A stretch of DNA of 64,000 nucleotides from an uncultured Candidatus Saccharibacteria bacterium. GTDB lineage: Bacteria > Patescibacteriota > Saccharimonadia > Saccharimonadales > Saccharimonadaceae. The stretch lies in assembly GCA_963747455.1 (NCBI GenBank), contig CAVVEW010000001.1:32005-96004 (forward strand), in the 5' to 3' direction. The notes under the pieces are model-generated. The model made no database searches. It saw only the letters and a list, made by a program, of their open reading frames with translations, and was not told the DNA's origin. Positions 47,089-57,767 of this stretch are shown here, one piece after another; positions within the stretch are counted from its first letter, which is position 1; every line of letters starts with the position of its first letter. A program made the position numbers and the translations under genes.

Positions 47089-49510
47089 ATGGACGGAATC
47101 CATGTGGTACATCGCGACGGCACCCGCGTACCATTTGACGCCAACAAGATCAACCTGGCACTTGTAAAAGCAAGTGAAGGCCTTCCTGATCAGATCAGCA
47201 AGGTAGTACAGGTTGCGACAGAGCTCCAGTTGACACTGTTTGACGGTATCACGACGGAACAGCTCGACGAGGCAGTCATCCAGACAGCGCTACAGAATAT
47301 CAAGGACGACCCTGATTTCGACAAGATCGCAGCGCGCCTACTACTAAAGAATATCTATAAGAACATTCTCGGTGATTTCGATACAAAAGCAGAGCTCAAA
47401 AAGCTCCATGCCCAGAAGTTTCCAAGCTATATCAAGAACGCAGTCGCTGATGGTTTGCTCGACAAGCGCATGAACGACGGTCGATATGACCTCAAGAAGC
47501 TCGCTGCTGCTCTGGAACCAGAGCACGACGAGCTATTTAAATATATCGGTGTGGTAACGAACAAAAACCGTTACGCACTCCGCAAAAACTCTGGCGCTCC
47601 ACTCGAGACGCCACAGTTTACCCACATGCGCATCGCTATGGGACTGGCATACAACGAAGAAGACCCAACCGCAGCGGCACTCGAGTTTTACGACCACATG
47701 GCCAAGCTCGAATACGTCACAGGTGGTTCAACTCGTGTCAACGCCGGCGGCGCATTCCCGCAACTCAGTAACTGTTTCCTCATGGAAGTCCAAGACGACA
47801 TGGAATCGATCGCAAAATCGGTTCGCGACACGATGTGGATCGCCAAGGGTACGGGTGGTATTGGTATCACTATGACCAAACTCCGTGCAGCAGGCAGCCC
47901 TGTTCAAGACGACCAACACCGAGTCAACGGGCCCAATTCCATTTATGAAGATGATCGACTCTGCGCTCTTTGCTGTCAGCCGCAAAGGCAAGAAAGCAGG
48001 CGCAGCAGCGATGTATCTCGAAAACTGGCACCTAAACTTTCCTCAATTTCTGGATCTCCGCCAAAACTCTGGCGACCCATACTTGCGTACTCGTATCATG
48101 AACACCGCCGTCTATATTTCGGACGAATTCATGAAACGCGTCGAAGCTGACAAAGATTGGTACCTATTTGACCCGGCGGAAGTATCTGACTTACCTGAGC
48201 TATATGGCGAGGAATTTTCAAAGCGTTACAACGAATACGTAAAACTCGCCGAAGCTGGCAAAATGAAGGAATTCACCTCACTCCCTGCTCGCCAGCAATT
48301 CCGACAAATCCTGACCACACTCCAGGCGACCAGCCACCCATGGCTCACATGGAAGGATACGATCAACGTTCGTGCACTCAACAACAACACCGGCACGATT
48401 CACTGTTCGAACCTCTGTACTGAGATCACACTGCCTCAAGACGAAAAGAACGTTTCTGTCTGTAACCTCATCAGCATCAACTTGAGCCAACACCTCAACG
48501 ACGACCTGAGTTTTGACTACGAGCGTATGGAAAAGAGTGTACGTGCGGCAACCCGCCAGCTCGACAACCTCGTCGACATCACCAACACGCCGATTCCAGA
48601 GGCAATGCACTCAAACTCAGCCAACCGCGCAATCGGCCTCGGCCTGATGGGCTTTACCGATGTCCTCGAACGACGCAACCACAGTTACGACAGCAAGGAA
48701 TCGTTTGATCTCATCGACGAAGTCGTCGAGTTCATCAGCTACCACGCTATCGACGAATCAGCAGAGCTCGCAAAGACTCGCGGCAGCTACGACACCTTCA
48801 AGGGAAGTGGCTGGAGCAATGGCTTGCTCCCAATCGACACGCTCGACGAACTCGCCGCATCACGCAAGACAAAGGTCAATATCACCCGCAAGCACAAACT
48901 CGACTGGGACGTCCTGCGCAAAAAGACCAAAAAGGGTATGCGAAACGCAACACTCATGGCGATTGCACCGACAGCAAACATCGGTCTCGTTGCTGGCACG
49001 ACGCCAGGCCTCGACCCACAATTTGCACAGATCTTTAGCCGAAGCACACTCAGTGGTAAATTTCTCGAAGTCAACGTCAACCTAGTAAACACACTCAAGG
49101 AAGCTGGCCTGTGGGACAAGGTAAAAGATGAAGTGCTTTCCCGCCAAGGTGATATCCAAGATATCGACGTCATTCCACAAGACATCAAAGACGTCTTCAA
49201 GACAAGTTTCCAGCTCAGCCCGTATGCCTTCATCGAAGTGGCAGCCCGAGCACAAAAGTATGTCGACCAAGCAATCAGCCGCAACATGTACCTCGATACC
49301 CGAAACATCGACGACTACATCGAGATTTATACCGAAGCATGGAGGCGCGGCCTCAAAACTACTTACTATCTGCACGTGAAACCACGACACCAAGCTGAAC
49401 AGTCAACCACTCATGTCAACAAGACTGAAGAGATGGCAAAAAGCTCTGGTGGTGCGAAACGATCTGGGTTTGGATTTGCAAAGAAACAATCGGTGGGAGG
49501 TGATGCATGA
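47089..49510 (+). CDS. nrdA: ribonucleoside-diphosphate reductase alpha subunit, class I with ATP-cone (frameshift near 47905)
   Basis: ATP-cone VVHRDGTRVPFDANKINLAL. ..NCFLMEVQDDMESI..GGIGITMTKLRAAGSPV / KTTNTESTGPIPFMKM..CSNLCTEITL.. joins ORFs 47089-48150 and 47885-49510. Confidence 0.9.
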
Positions 49511-49569
49511 GCAACACAAGCTGTGGATGCAACTGCAGCTGCTGCGCAAACTGCGATAGCTGCAAGTAA
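49507..49569 (+). CDS. 20-aa Cys-rich micro-ORF (alternatively the frameshifted C-terminal tail of NrdA)
   Basis: ATG 49507 overlaps the nrdA TGA (ATGA) and lies 6 nt after GGGAGGT. MSNTSCGCNCSCCANCDSCK has 7 Cys in 20 residues. Confidence 0.35.
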   Translation: MSNTSCGCNCSCCANCDSCK

Positions 49570-49618
49570 AGCAAATTTTAAGAAATAACGAGAAGAATAA
49601 AACGCAAGGGGAACTCAC

Positions 49619-49801
49619 ATGAACGCATCAGCAATATTTGGCGAAAACGAAGATCAGATGTCACTCGAGCAAAAGCTCGCTGCTATCGACAACGCCATGA
49701 AAGCTGCACAAGATCAGGCAAACGAAGACGCCTCATCTCGTGGACAGGTGTCTGCACCACTCGATCCTGCAAGCTTAACAATTTGTGACGGCTGCGAGTA
49801 A
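49619..49801 (+). CDS. 60-aa acidic protein ending in CDGCE
   Basis: AAGGGGA then ATG 49619. MNASAIFGENEDQMSLEQKLAAIDNAMKAAQDQANEDASSRGQVSAPLDPASLTICDGCE. Confidence 0.5.
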   Translation: MNASAIFGENEDQMSLEQKLAAIDNAMKAAQDQANEDASSRGQVSAPLDPASLTICDGCE

Positions 49802-49806
49802 CACGC

Positions 49807-50280
49807 ATGGCAGGACTTACTAGCGCCGAAGAAGCAGTACTGCCAAATATGCATGAGCTAGGACAGACACTCATGACCGAAGAAGAGGTTCGTGCCGAGC
49901 TAATGGCAATGTCTGCCCTAGAATTGCAGAAACTAATCATTGAAATACTTAACAACGTAGAGACTGGCCATACCGCAACCGATGCCTTCATGGACCAGGT
50001 TGAGCTTGCTGTCACTGTCTTGGCCGAAAAAGCTACTCCGCCTAAGAAGAAAACCAAATCTAGTACGGTACCTCCACTCGCATTTGGGAAGGTTATCGAT
50101 CAAGCAGATATTCACGAGACGGAAATGTATCGGAGGCTGACGATAGGATCGACCAAAGACTATATGAGTCAACTTCGAAAGGCTACCAGTCTCGGCGGCG
50201 GAGCACTTATTGCCGTTACGATTGCGGACAAAGATAGTACCGCTCATGCTTCACCTAAACAGGTAGAAGCGCTATTCTAA
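49807..50280 (+). CDS. hypothetical protein, 157 aa, between nrdA and nrdB
   Basis: Intact ORF. No family recognised. Confidence 0.45.
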   Translation: MAGLTSAEEAVLPNMHELGQTLMTEEEVRAELMAMSALELQKLIIEILNNVETGHTATDAFMDQVELAVTVLAEKATPPKKKTKSSTVPPLAFGKVIDQADIHETEMYRRLTIGSTKDYMSQLRKATSLGGGALIAVTIADKDSTAHASPKQVEALF

Positions 50281-50303
50281 ACTAATAACAAGGAGATAAC
50301 ACT

Positions 50304-51387
50304 ATGGCAGGAATATTAGGCAGCGGTATCCAAGACGGATTACTGCTCAAGCCAATCCACTACCCGTGGGCATGGAGCTGTACGACCAAGCAGTCGCAAA
50401 CACGTGGTTTCCAAACGAAATCCAGCTCGGGCAAGACCTGAGCTGACTGGAAGAAGATGACCGACGAAGAGCGCTACGCGGTCGAATTCCTCATGGGCTA
50501 TTTCAACCCAAATGAGCTGCTCGTCAACAAAGCACTCGCATTTGGCGTCTACCCATACGTAAACGCAGCAGAATGTCACCTCTACCTCGCAAAGCAAATG
50601 TGGGAAGAGGCAAACCACTGTATGGCGTTTGAGTACGTGCTCGAAACATTCCCGATCGACCGTGAAAAGGCATATGCCTCGCACGTCGACGAGCCAACTA
50701 TGGCGCGCAAAGAAGAGTTCGAGATGAAAGCTATCAAGCGCATGACCGAGAAGCACCTCGACATCACGACGACCGAAGGTAAAAAGGACTTCATCCGCAA
50801 CCTGATCGCCTACAACATCATCCTCGAAGGTATCTGGTTTTACTCTGGCTTCATGGTTGCACTCAGCTTCCGCCAGCGAAACCTACTGCGCAACTTTGGC
50901 TCAGCTGATCGACTGGGTCGTCCGAGACGAAAGTCTTCACCTCAAGTTCGGTATCAACCTGATTCTGACGACACTGGAAGAAAACGAAGACCTCCAGACA
51001 GAAGAGTTCGCAAACGAGATCAAGCAGACTATTCTCGACGCTGTGGAGATGGAAGAAGAATACAACAAGGCGATGCTGCCAAAGGGTATCCTTGGTCTCA
51101 ACGCCGACTACGTCAACCAGTACGTGAAGTACCTGACCGACCGCCGCCTCGAAGAGCTCGGTTTTGAGCCACACTACAAGGTTTCAAACCCAGCCAAGTG
51201 GATGGCGACAGCAAACGACACGCTCGAGCTGGTCAACTTCTTTGAAAGCACCAATACGAGCTACGAAGTCAACGCTGGCAACAGTGCCAGTACACTCAAG
51301 CCTCAGTCACCAAGTGGTGCACGCGGCGAAACCGATCCAGACGTAAGTATTCTGGAAAACGAAGCTGCCGAAAACGGCGACAAGTAG
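50304..51387 (+). CDS. nrdB: ribonucleoside-diphosphate reductase beta subunit (at least 3 frameshifts)
   Basis: AAGGAGA then ATG 50304. MAGILGSGIQDGLLLKPIHYPWAW / ELYDQAVANTWFPNEIQL.. / ORF 50457-51167 (..EEANHCMAFEY..ILEGIWFYSGF..) / ORF 50857-51387 (..RDESLHLKFG..). The ferritin-like di-iron motifs are present. Confidence 0.85.
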
Positions 51388-51405
51388 TTTACATAACAAG
51401 GTTCC

Positions 51406-51445
51406 AATAGAGCGCGGACGTTTCGCCACACGCCGCGCTCTATTT
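51406..51445 (+). terminator. nrdB terminator
   Basis: AATAGAGCGCGG ...15 nt... CCGCGCTCTATT followed by T. Confidence 0.55.
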
Positions 51446-51566
51446 GTATCAAAACATCGGGGGATGACATGACAAGCAGAGAAACTATCAAAGTATCGGC
51501 ACTCAGCGCAGCACTTGCTGCCGCGTATGTATTGATGTTTGTAATCGAAGCGAATAGGGGATTGTG

Positions 51567-52175
51567 ATGCAGGCCGAGATTGAAGCCAAATTTCTCGATA
51601 TTAACATTGAGGAAATACGAGAAAAGTTAAAAGCGGCAGGCGCCCAACTTGAGCAGCCGATGCGGTTGATGAAGAGAGTTCTCATAGAAGAGCCACATCA
51701 TGCAGCGGAGCGCTCGTTCATCAGGATACGCGATGAAGGAGACAAGACAACACTGACGTTTAAGCGTCGTCTGCGGCCAGATGAAGAAACAACTATCAGT
51801 AGCGTGCAAGAACTAGAGACGACAGTTGGAGACTTTGATACGACAGTTAAAATCTTTGCCGAGGCAGGATGGGACTATATCACATTCCAAGAATCAAAAC
51901 GTGAAACCTGGCATCTTAACGATAGTGAAATAGTTATTGATGAATGGCCATGGTTGAATCCAATGATTGAGATCGAGGCCGATACTGAAGACAAAGTTGA
52001 GCAGACGGCAGAACAGCTCGGGTTCAGTTGGAATGATGCTGTATTCGGATCGGTTGACGTTGTGTACCACCGAGAGTTTCCAAACATGACATGCCGAGGT
52101 ATTATAGAGGTCAAAGAAGCGCACTTTGCCGACCCTGTACCAAAGGAGTTTGGGGAAAGAGCGAATGGCTCGTAA
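51567..52175 (+). CDS. CYTH-domain protein (CyaB-like class IV adenylate cyclase / triphosphatase fold)
   Basis: AGGGGA then ATG 51567. N-terminal EIEAKF signature. About 200 aa. Confidence 0.6.
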   Translation: MQAEIEAKFLDINIEEIREKLKAAGAQLEQPMRLMKRVLIEEPHHAAERSFIRIRDEGDKTTLTFKRRLRPDEETTISSVQELETTVGDFDTTVKIFAEAGWDYITFQESKRETWHLNDSEIVIDEWPWLNPMIEIEADTEDKVEQTAEQLGFSWNDAVFGSVDVVYHREFPNMTCRGIIEVKEAHFADPVPKEFGERANGS

Positions 52176-53374
52176 TGCTCGGCATGTCTTAACACTGCTC
52201 GGTCCGGCCTTTGTCGCGGCTGTTGCGTATGTCGATCCAGGTAAATTTCGCTGCCAACATCTCTGCTGGTGCAAGATACGGCTACGCCCTCCTTTGGGTG
52301 CTCGTCGTCGCCAATCTCATGGCGATGGTCGTGCAGTATCTCAGTGCAAAGATTGGAATTGTCACCGGCAAAAGTTTGCCGCAGCTCATCGCCGAAAACT
52401 TGGGCAGAAAGAGTCGCATCACCTACTGGTTGCAAGCAGAATTCGTTGCTATCGCTACCGACATTGCCGAAGTTATCGGTGGGGCGCTTGCACTCAATAT
52501 CCTCTTTGGCATACCGATGCTACTCGGCGCGGTGATTACCGGCCTAGTTTCACTCGGTCTGCTGCTGATTTACAACAAGCGCGACACGCGTATATTTGAG
52601 CGCGTCATCATCGGCATGCTCTTGATTATCCCGATTGGATTTTTCGTCGGGCTATTCATCGTACCACCAGATCCTGTGGGCGTGCTCTCGGGGCTAGTCC
52701 CGACGCTCAAGAGCGCAGATATGCTACTACTTGCGACGGCTATGCTCGGTGCGACAGTCATGCCGCATGTGGTGTACCTGCACTCGGCGCTGGCGCGAGA
52801 CCGTCATGGCAAAGCAGCAGATGGGCGGCTCAAGTATTTGCTAAAAGCGACCAAGATCGACGTTGGTGTCGCCATGCTTGTAGCGGGCACTGTCAATATC
52901 GCCATGCTACTGCTTGCAGCGAGCGCCCTGAGCGGCCTGCCAGAATCAGATAGTCTGCAGTCTATCTTTGCCGCGATCGAGAGTAATGTCAGCTCTATCG
53001 TCGCATGGTTATTTGGGCTGAGCTTGCTGGCATCGGGCTTTGCATCGACAGCGGTGGGGGCACAAGCAGGCGCAGTGATCATGAAAGACATGATCGAGCG
53101 CAAGATTCCGATACTGCTGCGGCGTACCATTACTATCATCCCTGCGATTATCATCATCGGTTTTGGTGTCGATGCTACCATGGCACTCATCCTCAGCCAG
53201 GTGGCGCTGAGCTTTGGCATACCGTTCGCACTCGTCCCACTCATCTTTGTGACTCGTAGCGAGCGTATCATGGGTAAAAACCGCAACCCATCGTGGCTGA
53301 CATGGCTCCTCACGGCTATCGTAGCCGTCATTAGCGTACTCAATCTCGCACTCATAGTCTTAAGCTTGCAGTAA
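52165..53374 (+). CDS. mntH: Nramp-family divalent metal (Mn2+/Fe2+) transporter MntH (frameshift at 52243-52248)
   Basis: MARNARHVLTLLGPAFVAAVAYVDPGN / FAANISAGARYGYALLWV.. (DPGN motif restored by removing one base of the AAATTT run). MPHVVYLHS motif. 11-12 TM helices in ORF 52211-53374. Confidence 0.8.
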
Positions 53375-53400
53375 ATCCTACATCGTAATATACTAAAACA

Positions 53401-56205
53401 ATGTTTGGGATGGTGATGCGAGCATCCATAGCCATAGCCGCTGTCGTAGCGGCGTTTCTCGTATTGCCTGTGCATGCTGGCGAAGCTTCTTTGTGGCGTC
53501 AAAACCAGACCTTCAGTACAGAATCATCCAACGACGTACGTCAGGATATAGATTGTTATGAAGTCACCGCAGAGGTGGTTCAGCAATCGGGCGCTACAAA
53601 GCAGCAAAAGGTATGTGAACAACGCGGCAAGAATCTTACGCTCGGTAGGTACACCGATACCGATAACAAAAAGTACTACGCTGTAAAAATCGGCTTTGAC
53701 CAGTACTACCGCAATATCGCAAATGTGAACGCATACGACACGCGAATCTATCTACGCCCGAGTGACGATGCACTCATCGTCAAGTTTCCAGGTGCGCAGA
53801 AAGTACACATCCCATCTTTCAGTATTTATCGACTAGACAACGGAGGCATAGAATCCAAGCTGTCTAATGGCCATGGCACTATAGAATATGAGCTCGATTT
53901 TTATAAACGTACAACCCTCATGGGCCTCGTGCAGCCAGACGGCAGCGCATACTACACTAAACAAGACGGTTACGCTTTTTCGCAAAATCGCCAGTATCTC
54001 TTGACGTGGCACAGTGATCATTCAGTCGTTGTCACCAACACCATCACAGGTGATATGCGAATCATATCAGCGCAGTATCTCTCGGGAAAAATCGATGCGA
54101 CGATTTCGGATGACGGTCGGTATGCGGTACTGGGGACGGCGGGTTTTGTCTTCGATACGCAAAATTGCGGCGAGACGTACGACTTTCGGATGCATAACAT
54201 ACGCGAGTCAAATGGATTGCTCCGAACGGCATGTCCCATGGCGTATATATGGGATAAGATATATAGTGTCGCGAACATTACTTATATGGGCGCGAACTTT
54301 TATTTTGTCGACGACAACACTGCGCTGGCATTTGACTTCCCCCGTGAAAACCCACGCATACACGGCCTGATAAAAACTTCAGCCTACAATCCAACTCGTC
54401 TCGACTACCTTGCTCTGGGTGATTCGTATTCGAGCGGGGAAGGGGATACGGAAATCATTAACGGCGTGAGTTACTACACTCCTGTTACGGATGGTAATCG
54501 CGGGTGCCATCTCAGTACACGTTCATATCCGTTTAGGTTGAGCATTCATGGAGTATTCAAGACGATAAGATGCAGTCGGTGGCCTGCTCTGGCGCCAAGA
54601 TCAATCCTGATTATACCGGGGAACTTTCTACATATCTTGGGCAAAATGACAGGCTCAATAATGTTTCAGATGAACGCCGAGGAGAACTTCAGGGACAGGC
54701 ACTAAATGCTTTCATCCCTGGATATCTTCCACAACTCGAATTCGTCAAAAAATACCAACCAAAAATCGTTACGCTTACCGGTGGGGGAAACGATGTTGGT
54801 TTTGCAGAAATCTTAATAGACTGCGCATCTGACGTTTCTCGAAATGTAGTGTACATAAACAGTTGTGAATATATCGAGGGTGGTTCGCTACATAGCACTC
54901 TCAATGCATCGATTGACTCACAAAGAGCCGCGATGAGCGATTTGATCAAGCGTATCCATCAGATATCACCGAGCACGAAAGTGGTCCTTGTTGGTTATCC
55001 ATCATTTATCGCTGGCTCAGACGGCTCCTGCGCCCTGAACTCCGGCATATTAGACAACGATGAGCGAGATATGATTAATACTGCTGTGCATCGGATGAAC
55101 GGTGTCCTCAAAGATGCAGCGACAGAGGCGGGTGCTGCGTTTGTAGATATAGAAGATAGCCTCAATGGGGGGAGGCTATGCGAGGGGTCAGAGTACATGA
55201 CGGGATTTTTTGAGCTCCAGCTGAAATATTCGGACAGGGGGTATCTTTGATCAGAATCATTTTCATCCGAACGCCTCTGGCCATGAAAAGATGGCAAATG
55301 CCATTATCACATCAGGAGCTTATGAGACACCACCACCATTGCCTCAGGCGGTGAATAGCATCAGAGCTAACCTCGCAATCAACAGCGAGTTTACAGATTC
55401 CTCTGTCACCTTGAGTATATCTACTCAGCTGGGAATAGATACAGCCACACAAACATTTGCAGATGGCTCGTCTATCACCACAGCAATTTTTTCTGAAGAG
55501 ACGCCCCTCGGTACCTATGAAGCAGATTCGAATGGCGCGCTACATACAATTGTAGACGTAGCTGACGTTACCACCGGGTAGGCATGTCGTAGTGCTACGC
55601 GGGCAGACACCATCTGGTGACCCAATCACGCTGTACCAGTTCATCACTATCAATGACACTGAAGCTGACGCCGACGGAGATGGTATACCTGACGCATCTG
55701 ATCCATGTAACTTCATCGATAGTTGGTACGATGAACAGTCGGGCGTGGGTATTTGTGAAGCCGTTGCGCAGGATGAACCCACAGATATATCGATTCCGCC
55801 AGTTGTAGCCCCGCCCGTTACGGATACGAAGCTAGAGCTTCCAGAGACGCGAATTGAGATCGAGGCGCCACAAGTACTGGTCCCGCAAAAATCCGCGAGC
55901 ATAGAGGAGGGTCGGCAAGCAGTAACACCTTGGTTCAGCTCAACGCCCGCACAACATGGGTAGGCCGAGATATTTCAAGTTTGCAGACAGATGCCAACGC
56001 TGACATTATTGAGCGCAGTGATGTCTCATCGGTTCTTGGTGAGTCAACCGAGAAACCGCTCACGACAGTAGATGATCTAGCAAGCGCCGATCAGAATATA
56101 TCTTCTTGGGTATGGGCTATAATAGGAGGAAGTATTGTAATAGGGGGAGTAGTTCTATATGCCAAATCACAAAAAACCCGAAAAAGCTTCGACCATAAAA
56201 AATAG
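53401..56205 (+). CDS. large surface protein with SGNH/GDSL hydrolase domain and C-terminal TM anchor (at least 4 frameshifts)
   Basis: Signal peptide MFGMVMRASIAIAAVVAAFLVLPVHA. SGNH block I LALGDSYSSGEG (about 54410), block III TLTGGGNDVGF, block V HPNASGH (about 55270). DADGDGIPDASDPC is a thrombospondin-type-3-like motif (about 55670). TM WVWAIIGGSIVIGGVVLYA plus a basic tail. Pieces lie in ORFs 53401-54705, 54570-55250, 55291-55581, 55592-55963 and 55930-56205. Confidence 0.6.
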
Positions 56206-56509
56206 ACCTTATAAAGTAGCGCTACTCGCTGTAAGTCTTGTCGCATTGTTAGTGCTGTTCGATGTGAGCACAATTGGAGGAAATATCTACGGCTTTATGT
56301 GACATGGATTGATTGCGGGCGCTGGCCTGTTGAGACTGTAGGTCACGTTGCTGGTGAAGTACCCTACTACCATACGGCAGATGGATTCGCACTCGTACTC
56401 AGGGGTGAGCGAAATATTCTGCACACCCCTCGAAGCCGAAAAAGCAGGCTACTCTGCGGATTCAAAAGTCTATCGCTACCCAAATCTCAATGCAGAAAAG
56501 AAGCAATAG
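56159..56509 (+). CDS. small membrane-anchored hypothetical protein (frameshifted)
   Basis: ATG 56159 gives MPNHKKPEKASTIKNRPYKVALLAVSLVALLVLFDVS... It continues in ORF 56299-56514 and ends ..EAEKAGYSADSKVYRYPNLNAEKKQ in a third frame. Terminator hairpin AACTCCGAG...CTCGGAGTT at about 56530-56566. Confidence 0.25.
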
Positions 56510-56650
56510 ATTAGTTAGAGCAAATTCGAAACTCCGAGATAACTCCGATTTAACTCGGAGTTGCATTTGCGCTATTTACAGATGAAAAAAGCCACGTTTC
56601 GATAGCGGTGGCGGAGCGGTGGGGAAGTGGTGGATAGAAACTAACATTAT

Positions 56651-57424
56651 CTACAGTGGGTCTGCGTAGAGTAAGTCGGCAATATTCACACCAGTTAATG
56701 TGGCGAATACACTAAATCCGGGTGATCTGTTGACTTCCATCAGACGCAACTCGCCAGTGGCGGTTCGTGCGACATCGAGTCCGACTACGTCGAGATTTGT
56801 CGCCCTCCGGTAAATCATCGTAGCGAATGTCACTTCATCTTGCGTTAGCTCTCGCGCACTAATAGCCTGTGTCTTTTGACCGTTAGTCATGCTCCTTCTG
56901 ACTGCACCTGCAGGGTAGACTCGTCCGCAAACGACATAGATTCTTAGCTCCTCACTAATATCGAGCATTTCCTGTGTAATCCAGTCATTTGCCAAACCAT
57001 GAACGTCTCGAATATCTCTCGTCACTCCTTCACCTCTTGAGCTCAGCCTCTTTTTGTAAATCATTTTCCGGTCGTCGGTACTCTCAACTTCATCTAAAAG
57101 CTGCGTTCTGGGCACAAACTCTGAAAACATCTGATACTGTTTCCATTTGTCTTCAAAGTTAATTATCTTTTCTACAGTATCCATTTCGTCGATAACTTTG
57201 ATGTTAGGGTTTTTCTCCTTGCTCTGAGCAACTATACGACTGATTTCATTACGGAAATTTTGAGGTTGCAGCTTGGGTTCACTAAAATGACTTCGTATAT
57301 AAAGGCTTTCATACGGATGCTGAATATTTAGCTCTACGTCTTGGTCTAGTATAAGTACATCTGCATGCTTGCGAAGCAGTTCAATAGACGATTCAGCGCT
57401 GACTGTGACTACGAGATGCTTCAT
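56651..57424 (-). CDS. ATP-grasp (RimK-like) ligase
   Basis: 257 aa. FEDKWKQYQMF, KKRLSSRGEGV, ELRIYVVCGRV and GLDVARTATGELRLMEVNRSPGF follow the ATP-grasp motif order. Confidence 0.5.
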   Translation of the reverse strand: MKHLVVTVSAESSIELLRKHADVLILDQDVELNIQHPYESLYIRSHFSEPKLQPQNFRNEISRIVAQSKEKNPNIKVIDEMDTVEKIINFEDKWKQYQMFSEFVPRTQLLDEVESTDDRKMIYKKRLSSRGEGVTRDIRDVHGLANDWITQEMLDISEELRIYVVCGRVYPAGAVRRSMTNGQKTQAISARELTQDEVTFATMIYRRATNLDVVGLDVARTATGELRLMEVNRSPGFSVFATLTGVNIADLLYADPL

Positions 57425-57536
57425 TACCTAATCTTAGCAAATAGTTCTGTATCCACGTCGTTTTGTATACAAATAAAGTCCAAATGCTGTCTGGTAGGGA
57501 AGTGGTGCCAAAAAAAATAAGTTCAAAAATGAGTGA

Positions 57537-57574
57537 GGGGTCGGGGCGGACGCTGGTGCGTCCACCCCGACCCC
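57537..57574 (-). terminator. GC-rich terminator of the purN-like/purD-fragment islet
   Basis: GGGGTCGGGGCGGACGC tggt GCGTCCACCCCGACCCC (one bulge), followed on the minus strand by a T-rich tract. Confidence 0.65.
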
Positions 57575-57598
57575 GGTGGTAGTTCACTCGTTCGCCAC

Positions 57599-57736
57599 TC
57601 AGGCGGCGATGTCGGTCTGGTAGTGCATACCGGTGAACCGGATGAGACTGACGACCTTGTAGGCCAGGTCACGAGCCTTCTCGAGCGCGCACTCGCGACC
57701 GCCGCCTCCGACGACTGCAATCGTTTCCGGTTTCAT
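57599..57736 (-). CDS. 45-aa ORF resembling the N-terminus of PurD (GAR synthetase); probable gene fragment
   Basis: GGAAGGGA then ATG 57736. MKPETIAVVGGGGRECALEKARDLAYKV.. compared with E. coli PurD MKVLVIGNGGREHALAWKA... Stops after 45 codons. GC-rich. Below the ORF-track cutoff. Confidence 0.4.
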   Translation of the reverse strand: MKPETIAVVGGGGRECALEKARDLAYKVVSLIRFTGMHYQTDIAA

Positions 57737-57767
57737 GCTCTGTCCCTTCCGTTGAGGTAGATGGTTC

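Noticed and set aside
56651-57736. ATP-grasp ligase plus adjacent 45-aa ORF as a graspetide/RiPP pair
   Set aside because: The 45-aa ORF resembles the PurD N-terminus and belongs to the GC-rich islet. That islet has its own terminator (57537-57574), which separates it from the AT-rich ATP-grasp gene. There is no Thr/Ser-Asp/Glu core motif.
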